Counted from the stretch's first letter, positions 53,187 through 63,445 are shown. The stretch: 64,000 nt of DNA from an uncultured Holophagae bacterium (GCA_963801995.1 CAWDGW010000017.1:27690-91689), one strand, 5' to 3'. Notes: a model not told the origin generated them from the letters alone. Made by a program: numbers and translations.

Positions 53187-54257
53187 TCACGATTCAACCC
53201 CGGAAGGGGAGGACGGGATCACCGGGAATGCCACCACTACCGTGGTGCCTTCGCCCTCCTCAGACCGGGCCTCTATGGTGCCTCCGTGGGCGGTCACCAG
53301 CGCCTTGACGATGGCCAGACCGAGGCCCGTCCCTGCGGCCTGACCGCGGAGCCGGTTGTCACTGCGATAGAAGGGTTCGAAGATCTTCTGTCGGTCGGCC
53401 GGTGGGATACCGATCCCGTTGTCCTCCACCTCGAGAACCATTTCCCCGGGCCGATCGAAGGCACGAACAGCGATGCGCTTGTCCTTTCCGGTGTACTTGT
53501 AGGCGTTGATCAACAGATTCAAGAGCACCGTCCCGATGGCGCCCTGGTCGTGGGCCACCGGCTGCACCGTGGTGATCTCCGACGTGAGCTCCACCTCTCC
53601 GGGGGCCGTCAGCGCGCCGAACCGTTCCAGGGCCCCCTCGAGGGCGTCGCCCATGGGCCGGGAAATCAACTCCAGCACCTGACGGTCCTTGGCCGCGCTC
53701 CGCCAGGTGAGCACCCGTTCGACCATGGTTTCCAGCCACTCGGTCTCGCGAACGATGGTGTCCAGACATTCCTCGAGCTTTTCCGGGTGTTCCCTCAACC
53801 TGCCGCCCTGCAGAGTCTGGGTGTACATGCGGATGGCCGCCAGCGGCGTGCGCAGCTCGTGGCTCACGTTGGCTAGGAAGTCGGCCTGGAGTCTGGCAGT
53901 GCGTGCCTTGCGGCCGAGCAGCACCGTGGCCGTCACCGCCCCGCCGATGGAGGCGGCCGCAAAGCACACTACCAACACGCCCACCACCAGGTTGTTGGTC
54001 CGTTCGCCGAGGGCGATGCTGACGATGCCCACCGAGGTGGACAGCAGTACCGGCAGGATCACTCCCACCGCCAGAGTGATGATCACCGCGGTCAGGCTGA
54101 GGTTGGGTCCCAATTTTTTGAGCCGGGTCACCACCTTGGCGGGTCGATCACCGAAGGTCTCGGTGGCGAAATCCGAGAGGCGAGATTTCGTCGGGGCACT
54201 CCCTTTGACTTCGGCCGGTTCTGCTTCGCGTTTCATCGCGGTCAAGTATTGCCCCAT
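53187..54257 (-). CDS. sensor histidine kinase (HisKA + HATPase_c)
   Basis: Two TM segments, the H-box FLANVSHELRTPLAAI, and the N/G boxes LLNLLINAYKYT, DNGIGIP and GTGLGLAIV. It lies 12 nt upstream of the response regulator gene. Confidence 0.85.
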   Translation of the reverse strand: MGQYLTAMKREAEPAEVKGSAPTKSRLSDFATETFGDRPAKVVTRLKKLGPNLSLTAVIITLAVGVILPVLLSTSVGIVSIALGERTNNLVVGVLVVCFAAASIGGAVTATVLLGRKARTARLQADFLANVSHELRTPLAAIRMYTQTLQGGRLREHPEKLEECLDTIVRETEWLETMVERVLTWRSAAKDRQVLELISRPMGDALEGALERFGALTAPGEVELTSEITTVQPVAHDQGAIGTVLLNLLINAYKYTGKDKRIAVRAFDRPGEMVLEVEDNGIGIPPADRQKIFEPFYRSDNRLRGQAAGTGLGLAIVKALVTAHGGTIEARSEEGEGTTVVVAFPVIPSSPSGVES

Positions 54258-54356
54258 CGGGCCTCCTTGTCACTTGCCATCATTGCCGATGACAAAACCG
54301 TGACGTTCGCTTTTTAGGGTCATTCTCAAGGGACGCTCTGGCCACAGAGGGCCCGA

Positions 54357-56108
54357 ATGTTGAGCAAGGAGACTGAGATGGATGTGAGCACGGGAACAGC
54401 GGCCGGCCGCAAGATCCTGCTGACCGGAGTTTTTGGTCCGTTTGGGGTTGACGATGAATTCGGTCGCAAAGAGAACATCATGGAGCTCTTTCACAACCAG
54501 GTGACCAAGGAACAGGGGGTGGCCTCCTTCCGTTTTCACCACCGGTCCTTCGGCCTGTATTTCATCGCCGCTAACCTCGATGCCGACGTGACGGTCCTCG
54601 ATTTTCCGAGCCGGGAGCGCTTTGCCCGAGCGGTGGAACGAGGCGGGTACGACATTGTCGGCATTTCCTTCATCGCCCCGAATCTCGACAAGGCACGGGA
54701 AATGGCGCGCATTGTCCGTCTTCTTTCGCCGAACACAGAGATCATTCTGGGTGGGCACGGCGCCGCCATCGAGGGAGTGGAGGAGACCGTCAGCTGCGAC
54801 CATGTGGTCAAGGGCGAGGGCATTCGTTGGATGAGGAACCACCTGGGTCAGGATCCGGATGCGCCCATCCGGCACCCCGCGCTGCGCAGCACCGAGCGGA
54901 TGAGCATCCTCGGTGTACCGCTGCTGGGCTCCACCGCGAGTCTTTTGGTGCCAGGCGTGGGCTGCGTCAACGGCTGCTCCTTCTGTTCCACCTCCCACTT
55001 CTTCGGACGAAGCTACACCTCGTTCATCGAGTCCGGCGAGGAGCTTTTTCAGACCGCCTGCCGGGTGGCGGAAGAGCGGGGGACAGACGATTTCTTCGTC
55101 ATGGACGAGAACTTCCTCAAGAACCGCGAGCGCGCTCTGGGGCTGCTCGATGCCATGGAGCGCCATCAGCGGTTCTTCCGCTTCCACATCTTCTCGTCGG
55201 CCGAGGCCATCACCGCCTTCGGCATCGACAACATGGTGCGCCTCGGAGTGGACCTGGTGTGGATCGGTTTCGAGTCGCAGAGTCGGCAGTCCGCCTTCGC
55301 CAAGAACGCGGGCATCGAACCTCGAAAGCTCGTTCAGGAACTCAGGGATCGCGGCATCGCGGTGCTCGCCTCCGGGATCCTCTGCATGGAACACCACACC
55401 CCGGAAAACATGCAGGACGACATCGACTTTCTGGTGGGGCTGGAGTCGGATTTTGTCCAGTTCATGCTGCTGACGCCGGTGCCGGTGACCGAGCTCTACC
55501 GTGATCAGAGACGACGGGGGATCCTGCGGGATGACCTCCCCTTGCAGGAGTGCCACGGCCAGACCAAGCTCGCCTTCCACCACCCTGCATTCACCGACGA
55601 CGAGCCCGAACAGTGGATGAAAAAGGCCTTTCGCCAGGATTACGAGGAGAACTCCAGCTCCATGCTCCGCATGGTGGAGACCTCCATTCGCGGCTACGAA
55701 CACCTGGCGTCACTGCCGAGTCGCGATGCCTGCCTCGAGGCTCGGCTCCAGCAGTTCGAGAGGCAGGCGCGATTCTGGCGCCTGATCCTGCCGGCGGTGA
55801 TGGACAACGCCGTCAACGACCTCGAGAGGCGGCGGGCCGGGGATCTGATGGAGCGCGCCCGGCTGCTTTTCGGCCTGCGCCTGTGGGAACGCCTCGCCGG
55901 CCGGGCCACCGTCGGCCTGGCCGCCCTGTGGAACCTCCGGCTCAAGCTGGTGGGGGACGGTATCCAGCCACGGACCATCGTCACTCGCTACGATCGACGT
56001 GGGCAGGTGGGAGGGGTTGTGACTCTTCGTGACGAGGCTCAGTCCGCGGCAAAGAGTCGTCAAGAGCTGCCGTCCGTCGCAGCTGCGTGTGTGGGGAGCA
56101 GGCAGTAG
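54357..56108 (+). CDS. B12-binding-domain radical SAM protein
   Basis: N-terminal Rossmann-like B12 region (YDIVGISFIAPNLDKAREMARIVR). The radical SAM motif is VPGVGCVNGCSFCSTSHFF. 583 aa; alternative ATG at 54378. Confidence 0.8.
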   Translation: MLSKETEMDVSTGTAAGRKILLTGVFGPFGVDDEFGRKENIMELFHNQVTKEQGVASFRFHHRSFGLYFIAANLDADVTVLDFPSRERFARAVERGGYDIVGISFIAPNLDKAREMARIVRLLSPNTEIILGGHGAAIEGVEETVSCDHVVKGEGIRWMRNHLGQDPDAPIRHPALRSTERMSILGVPLLGSTASLLVPGVGCVNGCSFCSTSHFFGRSYTSFIESGEELFQTACRVAEERGTDDFFVMDENFLKNRERALGLLDAMERHQRFFRFHIFSSAEAITAFGIDNMVRLGVDLVWIGFESQSRQSAFAKNAGIEPRKLVQELRDRGIAVLASGILCMEHHTPENMQDDIDFLVGLESDFVQFMLLTPVPVTELYRDQRRRGILRDDLPLQECHGQTKLAFHHPAFTDDEPEQWMKKAFRQDYEENSSSMLRMVETSIRGYEHLASLPSRDACLEARLQQFERQARFWRLILPAVMDNAVNDLERRRAGDLMERARLLFGLRLWERLAGRATVGLAALWNLRLKLVGDGIQPRTIVTRYDRRGQVGGVVTLRDEAQSAAKSRQELPSVAAACVGSRQ

Positions 56109-56152
56109 GCGACTTTCGGGAACCCCAGCTACCGACCTGAACCACGGGGAGG

Positions 56153-56403
56153 AATCGTGGTGCAGCCGTCTCGGCTGGTTTGAATCGAAAATCGAAAATC
56201 GAAAATCGAAAATCCACCCTCCCACCCAAGCGATGCGGATAGGCGTCACCGTCTTCGACCTCCCATACCCCCCCCACACATACCTTCCACACCCTGACCT
56301 TTGAGCTGTGCAGGCTGGAAGCCCGCACCACAATCAGGCACAGCCAACAGCGGCAAGGAACCGGCGGGAGGAGATTGCGGTGCAGCCATCCTGGCTGGAC
56401 ATC
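56153..56403. repeat. cluster of GCTGTGCAGGCTGGAAGCCCGCACCACAAT-family units plus a (ATCGAAA)x4 microsatellite
   Basis: An inverted-type unit (aatcgtggtgcagccgtctcggctgg) lies at 56153..56183. The heptamer array is at 56184..56214. A forward unit at 56303..56337 faces an inverted unit at 56373..56403. Confidence 0.8.
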
Positions 56404-56445
56404 ACGACGGTGGAGCCCGAAGGGCGCGAGCAACTGCCCGCGGGG

Positions 56446-56991
56446 CTAACGGTCTTCGGGCAACGTCAGGGGAGGGAGGTGAAAAGGGGCGAGTTTGTTC
56501 GCTCCATCGAAGTCCTCGTGGGTGCCGACGAAGAAACCGCTCTGCCGGCCGCTCCCGCCGCTGTCACCTTCGTTATCGCTCACACGGCTGAGATCGTACT
56601 GCCCCCATATGCTTCTGTTCGAGCCCAATTTTGGCAGGGCTATCCGGCCGTCCGCGCCGTAGGAGAAATACTCCTTGTGCTTCAGGCCGGGATTCCACCG
56701 GCTTGATGTTTCAAGAGTGCCAGACTCCGGGTACCGAAAGACGAGAATGCCGTCTTCGACCGGCAGCTCCGGACCGCCCGGGATGTTGTAGGCCACGGCG
56801 GCCCATCCTCGGTAGCCCTCCGGCACGAGATGCCGTTCCGGCAGGCCCTCTTCAATACCGTGGGCGCGTCGAAAGTCGTCTTTAGCGCTCTCGGGAACAA
56901 CGAACCAAACGAACGCAAGCGCCCCTGCACCCACCACGATGATGGTGCCGACGGCCCAAGCGAAGATACGAGCGATGCTGTCGTGTGCCAA
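56446..56991 (-). CDS. membrane-anchored hypothetical protein
   Basis: 181 aa. The N-terminal helix is IARIFAWAVGTIIVVGAGALAFVWFVV. No motif recognised. Confidence 0.5.
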   Translation of the reverse strand: MAHDSIARIFAWAVGTIIVVGAGALAFVWFVVPESAKDDFRRAHGIEEGLPERHLVPEGYRGWAAVAYNIPGGPELPVEDGILVFRYPESGTLETSSRWNPGLKHKEYFSYGADGRIALPKLGSNRSIWGQYDLSRVSDNEGDSGGSGRQSGFFVGTHEDFDGANKLAPFHLPPLTLPEDR

Positions 56992-57179
56992 ACCTCACCT
57001 CAGTTCACCCTGCGCTGCCAACTCACCGACAACAGCAGGCCACAGCCGTAGCCAGGGGGGTCGTCTCGAGGGAGGGGGCTGGTGTACGGCTGTCTGCTGG
57101 TGGCGGGGAGTCGCGTTGAAGCAGCCAACGGCTGCGACAACGTAAACTGCCAACGGCCAACGGCCAACTGCCAACCTGC

Positions 57180-58647
57180 CTACGGAACCGTCACCGACCA
57201 GGCCGTGGTATCTCCCGATTCGAACCCGTCTCCAAAGATCGCGGCGGGCCCCAGGCTGCCGTCGCCGTTCACGTTCTGGGCGAGGATGTCGCCATCCGAG
57301 AAGCCCCCGTCACTCCACGCGTAGGCTGCAAAGCCCTGCGAGGAGAGGGCACCGACGAGCCTCGATGACTCTGTGGGCAGGATGTCCACCTCGGTGATCG
57401 GCGGCGACCACGCGAAGTCCCCGTTGGTGTCGACCCGGATCGCATACACCGGATCGTTGCCGAGGCCATCACTGTGAATCCAGGCCACCATCGCTCCGTC
57501 GTTGAAGGCCAAGGTGGCGATATCCCTAATCTGGACCGGGCTGATGGGCATCAGCTCGCGGCCGCTGTCGTCCCACTGCCGGACGCCACCGGCATCGAGC
57601 TTCTGGCCGTAAAGGCCCCACTGGCTTTGCCCGAGGTTCTCCTCGGTCCAGAAGACGACGATCTCCTGGGTCGACGGGAGGAATGCGGCCCTCGGGCCGA
57701 CCCGCTGCTGCGTGGCGTTGGTGGAGACCTCGACGCCCTGGTGGGCGAAGGCTTCGGATCCATTGGCGAGGATCCGCTGGACACGGCACTGGAGCGACGG
57801 AGAGGTGATGTACCAGGAGAAGACCGCACCGCCGGCACCGTCGCTGACGAACGGCGGCCAGTTGCCCATTTGCAGGGAGGAACCGCCGTCGTAGACCTGA
57901 ACGTGCCCCGCACCCCACAGCAGGGCACCGTCCGCGGCGGCCAGCTTCTGCGCCCACAGGTGTCGCGTCCAGAAAACGGGGCTGGCGACGAACGACACGA
58001 TCGCGGTGCCGGCGTCAGAGGCGCGGAGATCACCTACGGAGAACGAGTCGGATGCCGAGGACAGGGTCACCCCGGCACCCCACAGTGCCGTTCCGGTGGG
58101 ATCGAGCTTCTGCGCCGCCACGCTGTCGTCGCTGGTCCATGCCACCACCACGTTCCCGTCGGTGGTGCCGGCGACTTTTGGTGCGGCGAAAAAGTTCGGT
58201 CCAGTGGCTACCTGCACGCCGTCTGCGCCCCATAGTAGGGTGCCGTCCGGGGAGACCTTTGCGACCGTGATTTCGTCGGACCCGCTGCGGTTGTCTCGGA
58301 AGGCGAGCAGGGCATTGCCCCCGGTGTCGATGCTCAGACCATAGTCCTGGGTCGAGCTGTACGTCCGATCCGCCACCAACACCCCGTTGTGGGCCCATTG
58401 CTCGTCGCCCGCCGCATCGAGACGCTGCAGGTAGACGTCGTAGCCACCGGTGGAGTTGTCGAACCAGCTGATATAGAAGCCTCCGTCGCCGGTGGCCACG
58501 ATTTTGGGTTGTACCTGTGCCCCTGAACGGTTGGCCACTATCAGGTTGGTTGCCGGGTCGCTGGACCACTCGGCCTAGGACAGACACTGAAGACTGCGGT
58601 CAAGACGATCAACACCAGGACCAGGGATCGTGGTACGCGGAATGCAT
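57180..58647 (-). CDS. secreted repeat protein ending in the DGFESGDTTAWS tail; N-terminal signal region out of frame
   Basis: Track ORF 57180..58538, whose frame opens at 58574. Upstream are an ATG at 58647 and a signal-like LVLVLIVLTAVFSV, both in other frames, so two shifts are needed. The C-terminus is IFGDGFESGDTTAWSVTVP-stop. Confidence 0.55.
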
Positions 58648-58751
58648 CTCCGGACCCCCTTCGATGAGCAGCCTCCCTCGCTCCGGGTTCGAAAACGTTT
58701 CGCAGAATGTGGCGGGTACATCATCACACAGTTTCCCCAGCTGAGCTGGTG

Positions 58752-58785
58752 GCTGTGCAGGCAGGCGAAAGCCCGCACCACAATC
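58752..58785. repeat. diverged copy of the GCTGTGCAGG...CCGCACCACAAT unit
   Basis: gctgtgcaggcaggcgaaagcccgcaccacaatc. Confidence 0.7.
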
Positions 58786-58856
58786 TGCCCAAACTTGAGG
58801 GCTGCCGACTTCCCACGGGCGGGTGGGGGAACTGCTCCAACCGCCCACTGCCATGG

Positions 58857-60101
58857 TTATGCCGCGGAAGCTCGGTGATTCCCGAATCGTCGGAACCTCC
58901 GGACGCCCAATGACTCCAACCGCCACGGCGACCAAGAGAAGCCGAGCTTTGCTGCCGACACCACCCCGGGGCCCCTGAGACCGAATACGTGTTCGGCGAG
59001 GCCGGTGGCGACGGCGAGAGCGAGAGCGAGGGCAGCCAGAATCTGGAGGCCGCCGATGTACGGGCGATCGCCGCCCCGAAACGCTGCGATGACGATGGCC
59101 AAAGCTGCAATCCAGAGACCGGTCTTGATCAGGTCCTTGACCCGATGCCAACGACTGCTGCGGGCGAAGAGCTGTTCTGTGTCGGAGATCGAGTACACCT
59201 CGGAGAGGGTCGACCCAACGTGGTTTCCGCCAAGGACGCGGGCGTAGAACGTCTGGAGCTTGCGCACGCCGTGGCGCTGAGCCAGGTAGAAGAACAGATC
59301 CTGGAACTCCTGGTAGCTCGGGCTCAGACCCGAGTGAGGGTCGGCCGCGAGGTAGGTGGCGGTTCCTTCGTGGAACCAGGTGGGGAACGCGATCCGGTCC
59401 GAGTACGAGGGAACGTCGAGGGCGGAGTTGGTGTGGACGTGGACCAGTTCGTGGCGGAAGGTGTTGACCAGATTGGCGAATGACTCGCGCTGCCATCGCC
59501 GGACGGTTTCGTCCACATCGAGGGACGGGTTGATCGCCGCCGACCGGCGGAGCTCGCGGAGATTCTCTTCACCGACGTACGACAGTGGCAACACCATGTA
59601 CCGGCAGTAGTACGTGACACCGCCCACCTGGGTCATCTTCTCGGAGGAGGCCGTGTTGAGGTGGGAGAAGGCGTCGACGCTCTCCACCAGGCGGCAATAG
59701 ACCAGTCCGGGCAGCTCGGGATAGCCGAATCGGGCCAGTCGCTTTTCCAGCACGGCTCGCTGGCGGGGCATTTCGTTCCGGAATCTCTCGATGGTCCGTC
59801 GTTGCACCTCGTTGTGAACGAAGGAGGTGGGGTGGGTGAGGAGGAAGCTCTCGACCACCTCCCGGGTGATGGTCGAGGACGGATAGTGGCCGCTCAAATC
59901 CCCTTCTGCGAGGGTGAGGTCCACAAAGAGCCGCAGTCCGGCAGGGTCGTCAGTGTGGAGCCTGGGCACATTTATTTTCGCGGCAGCCACCGCTTCATCC
60001 GCAGATTGGAAGACCGGATTCTCCCACCCTCTATCGGCGGCCGCGAGGCTGATGGCGTGGGCGGCAACAAGGAGAATCGAGAAGGGGAGGCGGACCCTCA
60101 C
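58857..60101 (-). CDS. putative zinc metallopeptidase (HExxH, MA-clan-like) with C-terminal TM helices
   Basis: Signal MRVRLPFSILLVAAHAISLAAA. FRHELVHVHTN is followed downstream by WFHEGTATYLA, a gluzincin-like third ligand. It overlaps the upstream PrsW-like gene by 4 nt. Confidence 0.55.
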   Translation of the reverse strand: MRVRLPFSILLVAAHAISLAAADRGWENPVFQSADEAVAAAKINVPRLHTDDPAGLRLFVDLTLAEGDLSGHYPSSTITREVVESFLLTHPTSFVHNEVQRRTIERFRNEMPRQRAVLEKRLARFGYPELPGLVYCRLVESVDAFSHLNTASSEKMTQVGGVTYYCRYMVLPLSYVGEENLRELRRSAAINPSLDVDETVRRWQRESFANLVNTFRHELVHVHTNSALDVPSYSDRIAFPTWFHEGTATYLAADPHSGLSPSYQEFQDLFFYLAQRHGVRKLQTFYARVLGGNHVGSTLSEVYSISDTEQLFARSSRWHRVKDLIKTGLWIAALAIVIAAFRGGDRPYIGGLQILAALALALAVATGLAEHVFGLRGPGVVSAAKLGFSWSPWRLESLGVRRFRRFGNHRASAA

Positions 60102-60961
60102 GATTCCGGTTCCAGCTGTGCCTCATGGGGCTGGTGGTGTTGGGAATATTCAATTTCCGGAGGGTCGGGTTGATCAACGACGGCCTGGAGAATGACGGTG
60201 GCCAGGAGAACGGCACCGAAGACCATCAGGACCGTCTTGAGCCCCATGACGAGAACATCACGCTCGGGCGGTTCAGGCCGATTCCTGAAGACCGAGCGCC
60301 GTTTCGCCGCCAGGGCGGCGGCGAGTGCCGCCACAGCCAGCGTGCCCCGCACAGGCCAATTCCCGCCGGTGAGGAGGTCGAGGCCGATGGCGGTTCCGGC
60401 CACCGAGACGGTGACCATCGCCGTCTTCCACGGTGACCAACCCCGCAGCTGGAGGGTGCCCAGGAGGGCTCCAACCAGAACCGCCACGAGGATGGCCACA
60501 AGCCCCTGACCAAGCTCGTCTGTAAATCCCGGGGAGGCAGCGAGGATCAGCAGATCGCGGAGGTCGGGTTCGGCGCCCGGAGTGAGGGCGTCGCGGTAGG
60601 GCGACGCCGCGATCACCCGAGGAAGATTGTGGAGGTGGATCACACAGACGGCACCGCCGACCAGCGCCACGCTGTAGACGATCCCATCGAAAATTTCGTC
60701 CATCTCGGCCACGCTGTGGAGCTGGAAAGACAGATAGAGGGCGGCGGCGACCATGGTGACCAGAATCAACGGTCCGGACCAGGACACACTGCCGGCCACG
60801 GTAGAGGCTCCGAGAATGAACACGAGCTGACCCACCAACCCGGACAGGAAGGAGTTCTGGATCAGCTCGATGGGTTCGCGCTCGTACCGATCGGCGAGAT
60901 AGACGACTGCGAGCAGCAGCGTGCTCAGCAGGCCGGCAAAGGTCGCGATGTAGATCTCCAC
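60098..60961 (-). CDS. prsW: PrsW-family intramembrane protease-like protein
   Basis: The N-terminal LAVVYLADRYEREPIELI matches the PrsW DRYE(x)EP signature. About 8 TM segments. There is a later FTDELGQG and an HLHN region. Confidence 0.6.
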   Translation of the reverse strand: MEIYIATFAGLLSTLLLAVVYLADRYEREPIELIQNSFLSGLVGQLVFILGASTVAGSVSWSGPLILVTMVAAALYLSFQLHSVAEMDEIFDGIVYSVALVGGAVCVIHLHNLPRVIAASPYRDALTPGAEPDLRDLLILAASPGFTDELGQGLVAILVAVLVGALLGTLQLRGWSPWKTAMVTVSVAGTAIGLDLLTGGNWPVRGTLAVAALAAALAAKRRSVFRNRPEPPERDVLVMGLKTVLMVFGAVLLATVILQAVVDQPDPPEIEYSQHHQPHEAQLEPES

Positions 60962-61013
60962 GAGGAGCGATAGTAGTCATGCCGCCGGTAACTGTCGAGC
61001 TGCCATCCGCAGA

Positions 61014-61245
61014 CGCAGAGGGGAAAAGGAGCAGAGGAACAGAGGAGATTCATGCCCGCGTGATTCTTCTCCACGCCCCCCTCCCGGTCGGTCGATTCGG
61101 GGAGCTGTGCAGGCTGGAAGCCCGCACCACAAATCCGTCGTGCTGATTCGCCCTTCGAATCGGCTGTGCCCAATTGTGGTGCGGCCATCTTGGCTGCACA
61201 TCTCGGCGATGGAGCTGTGCAGGCTGGAAGCCCGCACCACAATCA
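61014..61245. repeat. repeat cluster: GCAGAGG-rich motif plus three GCTGTGCAGGCTGGAAGCCCGCACCACAA units (forward, inverted, forward)
   Basis: The purine-rich cagaggggaaaaggagcagaggaacagaggag lies at 61014..61045. The units lie at 61102..61133, 61172..61203 (aattgtggtgcggccatcttggctgcaca) and 61212..61245. Confidence 0.8.
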
Positions 61246-61342
61246 GGCAGCGGGAGGAAAGAGCGTACGAACGATCGGACGGGGACGCGGGTGCGGACTC
61301 GGACGGCGGAACTGCTGCCCGCGAGAGGCAGACAATGGCACA

Positions 61343-62971
61343 ATGCCAATCGTGGTATCCACGGGGTTCAACGACCGACTGACGGTGTTGCTTCCGGGCA
61401 TTCTGATTGCTGTCGGGATTGTCGCCGTCTTGGCGGCTACTGCGGCGGTGGAGCAGAGCGGGGACTCGCTGGCCTATTTGACCAAAGCCCGCGCCGGAGA
61501 GGGGCTGTTTCATCCGCACCACCTGATCTTCAACGCTGCGGTGCGCTCGGTGTACCTCGGGCTCGGGGCGCTGACGGGTGTTCGCGACGTCGTGCTTGCC
61601 GCTCAGCTGCACAACCTCGCCTTCACATTCATCGCGCTCCTGGCTGTTTATTGGATCGGACTCCGGTGGCTGGGTTCGCAGAGGCTGGGGCTGCTCGGCC
61701 TCCTGCTGTACGGAAGCACAACCGGGATTCTGGTCTTCGCCACTCAGGCCGAGGTCTACGTTCCGGCAGCTGCGGCCCTCGGTGTGGCTGCAGTCTTCCT
61801 GTTGCGGTTGCTCGAGACGCCGGAGTCAAACGGCGCCCGCACCGGCCTCGTCGTCGCCTGGGTGGTCGCGGTGCTCTACCACCAAACCGCGGTGTTGTTT
61901 CTGATCCCGATGGCGGCTGCGGTCCTGGTTTCGAAGAATCGAGATTTCGCCAAGGCCCTGACCGCAGTGAGTGGGGTTGCCGGTGTGGTCGTCCTGGCAG
62001 CCTACGGGTTCGCCTTTCGATTCGCTGCTGCCGAGGCGGACGAACCACTGACCTTTATGACCTTCGTCTTCAGTTACGTCGTTCGCGGCGGAGATCAGTG
62101 GGGGACCGTCTCGAATGTTGGCGCCACCGGCGGGGTCCGGTTGCTCGAAAATCACATATGGGGCCTTTCGGCCCTTCTGCCCGCCCGCCCCTGGGTGCTG
62201 GTCTCCCTGGTGGTGGTTGGCGGTGCTGCGGCGCTGGTGGCCTGGCGTTTCGCGGATAGGCGGGCGCGGTTGCTGCTCTGCTTTGCCCTCACATGGGCGG
62301 TGACCTTCCTCGGCTTCTTCCTGTGGTGGTTCCCTGGAGAGGTGGAGTTCTCGGTGTTGACCTCGATGCCCGTGTGCATTGCCGCCATTGCCGGCGCGAG
62401 TCCTCTTCTGCAGGAATCCCGGGTCGGCTCTGCCGGGTCTCGGATCGCCGTTGTTGCGATCATCGTTGTGGCTGCCGCCAATTTTGTCGGCGGCCTGTGG
62501 TTCGAGGTGGTGCCCCGGCATCGAAGCCGGAGCGAGTTCTTTCATCGATCCCGTTTCCTGTCCACCTTTGACGACGGGTCGACCCTCAGGCTGACAAAGT
62601 ACAAGGTGGCCACGTCGATCCGCTTCTACTTCGGCGCATCAGCGGATTCCATCGGCGAGGTCAATCTGCTCGAACGCGCCATGCACGACGGAGAATCCGA
62701 TCAGCCGTGGATGACGAGGTCCGCCTGGGATCGGGCCATCGTCAACCTCGCCGAGATCCAGCCCTGGGCCTGGCACAACGGACGCAATGGCTTTCGCGAG
62801 CCCGAGACGTGGACGCGCATGATTCACTGGATCTTCAATCTCCGCGGTGATGGCGAAGGCTGGATGGTGGATTCGTGGGAGGTTGTTTCCGATGCTCGGG
62901 GGAACGACTATCTGCTGGTCACCTCGGGCAGCATTATGCTGACCGATCCCACCAGCTTTTTCAGTTGCTGA
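61343..62971 (+). CDS. polytopic membrane protein, possibly GT-C-fold (ArnT/PMT-like) glycosyltransferase
   Basis: The ATG at 61343 is in frame with track ORF 61166..62971, whose 5' part is repeat sequence. There are about 11 TM segments followed by a soluble C-terminal domain. The assignment rests on architecture only. Confidence 0.45.
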   Translation: MPIVVSTGFNDRLTVLLPGILIAVGIVAVLAATAAVEQSGDSLAYLTKARAGEGLFHPHHLIFNAAVRSVYLGLGALTGVRDVVLAAQLHNLAFTFIALLAVYWIGLRWLGSQRLGLLGLLLYGSTTGILVFATQAEVYVPAAAALGVAAVFLLRLLETPESNGARTGLVVAWVVAVLYHQTAVLFLIPMAAAVLVSKNRDFAKALTAVSGVAGVVVLAAYGFAFRFAAAEADEPLTFMTFVFSYVVRGGDQWGTVSNVGATGGVRLLENHIWGLSALLPARPWVLVSLVVVGGAAALVAWRFADRRARLLLCFALTWAVTFLGFFLWWFPGEVEFSVLTSMPVCIAAIAGASPLLQESRVGSAGSRIAVVAIIVVAAANFVGGLWFEVVPRHRSRSEFFHRSRFLSTFDDGSTLRLTKYKVATSIRFYFGASADSIGEVNLLERAMHDGESDQPWMTRSAWDRAIVNLAEIQPWAWHNGRNGFREPETWTRMIHWIFNLRGDGEGWMVDSWEVVSDARGNDYLLVTSGSIMLTDPTSFFSC

Positions 62972-63087
62972 TCGATGATCTCGATCCCCAATCACCGGCC
63001 CGACGGTTCTTCAGGAAGTGGTTGGAGGAGAATCCCGGCCCGTGAGGACAGACGGAAAGCAGAATTCGGAATTTCGTCCCGAGTAGT

Positions 63088-63439
63088 CCTTAGTTCTTAG
63101 TTTTGAGTTCTTAGTTTCCCCTTCCGCCCTTGAGGAGCCGCAGAGGAGCAGAGGGGCGGGGGAGCAGAGGAGAAACTGCCTTCTACGATTCGGGTGCGTC
63201 TTCCCCTCTGCCCCTTTTCTCCTCTGCCCCTCTGCCGACCAGGAAGCTGCCTCGCCCGATTGAGCCGGTAGGCAGAAGCGCGAATCACTGCACAGGTTTC
63301 AATGACACCTTGCCAACAGCCAACTGCCAACTCACCGACAGCAGCAGCCCCCAGCTGCGACTTTCTAAACGGCCAACTGCCGACTGCCAACTGCCGACTG
63401 CCAACTGCCAACTGCCGACTGCCGACTGCCAACTGCCAA
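63088..63439. repeat. low-complexity repeat tract: TTAGTTC units, inverted GCAGAGG-rich arms, and a 7-bp microsatellite (CCRACTG x ~9.5)
   Basis: ttagttcttagttttgagttcttagttt (63090..63117). gcagaggagcagaggggcggggg...(63139..) faces cccctctgccccttttctcctctgcccctctgcc (63203..63237). ccaactgccgactgccaactgccgactgccaactgccaactgccgactgccgactgccaactgccaac (63373..63439). Related ccaac(t/g)gcc units lie at 57146..57180. Confidence 0.85.
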
Positions 63440-63445
63440 CGGATG

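Noticed and set aside
61166-61342. 5' extension of the membrane-protein ORF (MPNCGAAILAAHLGDGAVQAGSPHHNQ...), and the ORFs 60925..61242, 61050..61349, 61107..61382 and 55710..56333
   Set aside because: These are translations of the GCTGTGCAGGCTGGAAGCCCGCACCACAAT repeat family (recurring MWCGLPACTA / AGWKPAPQ peptides). The real start with TM helices is at 61343.
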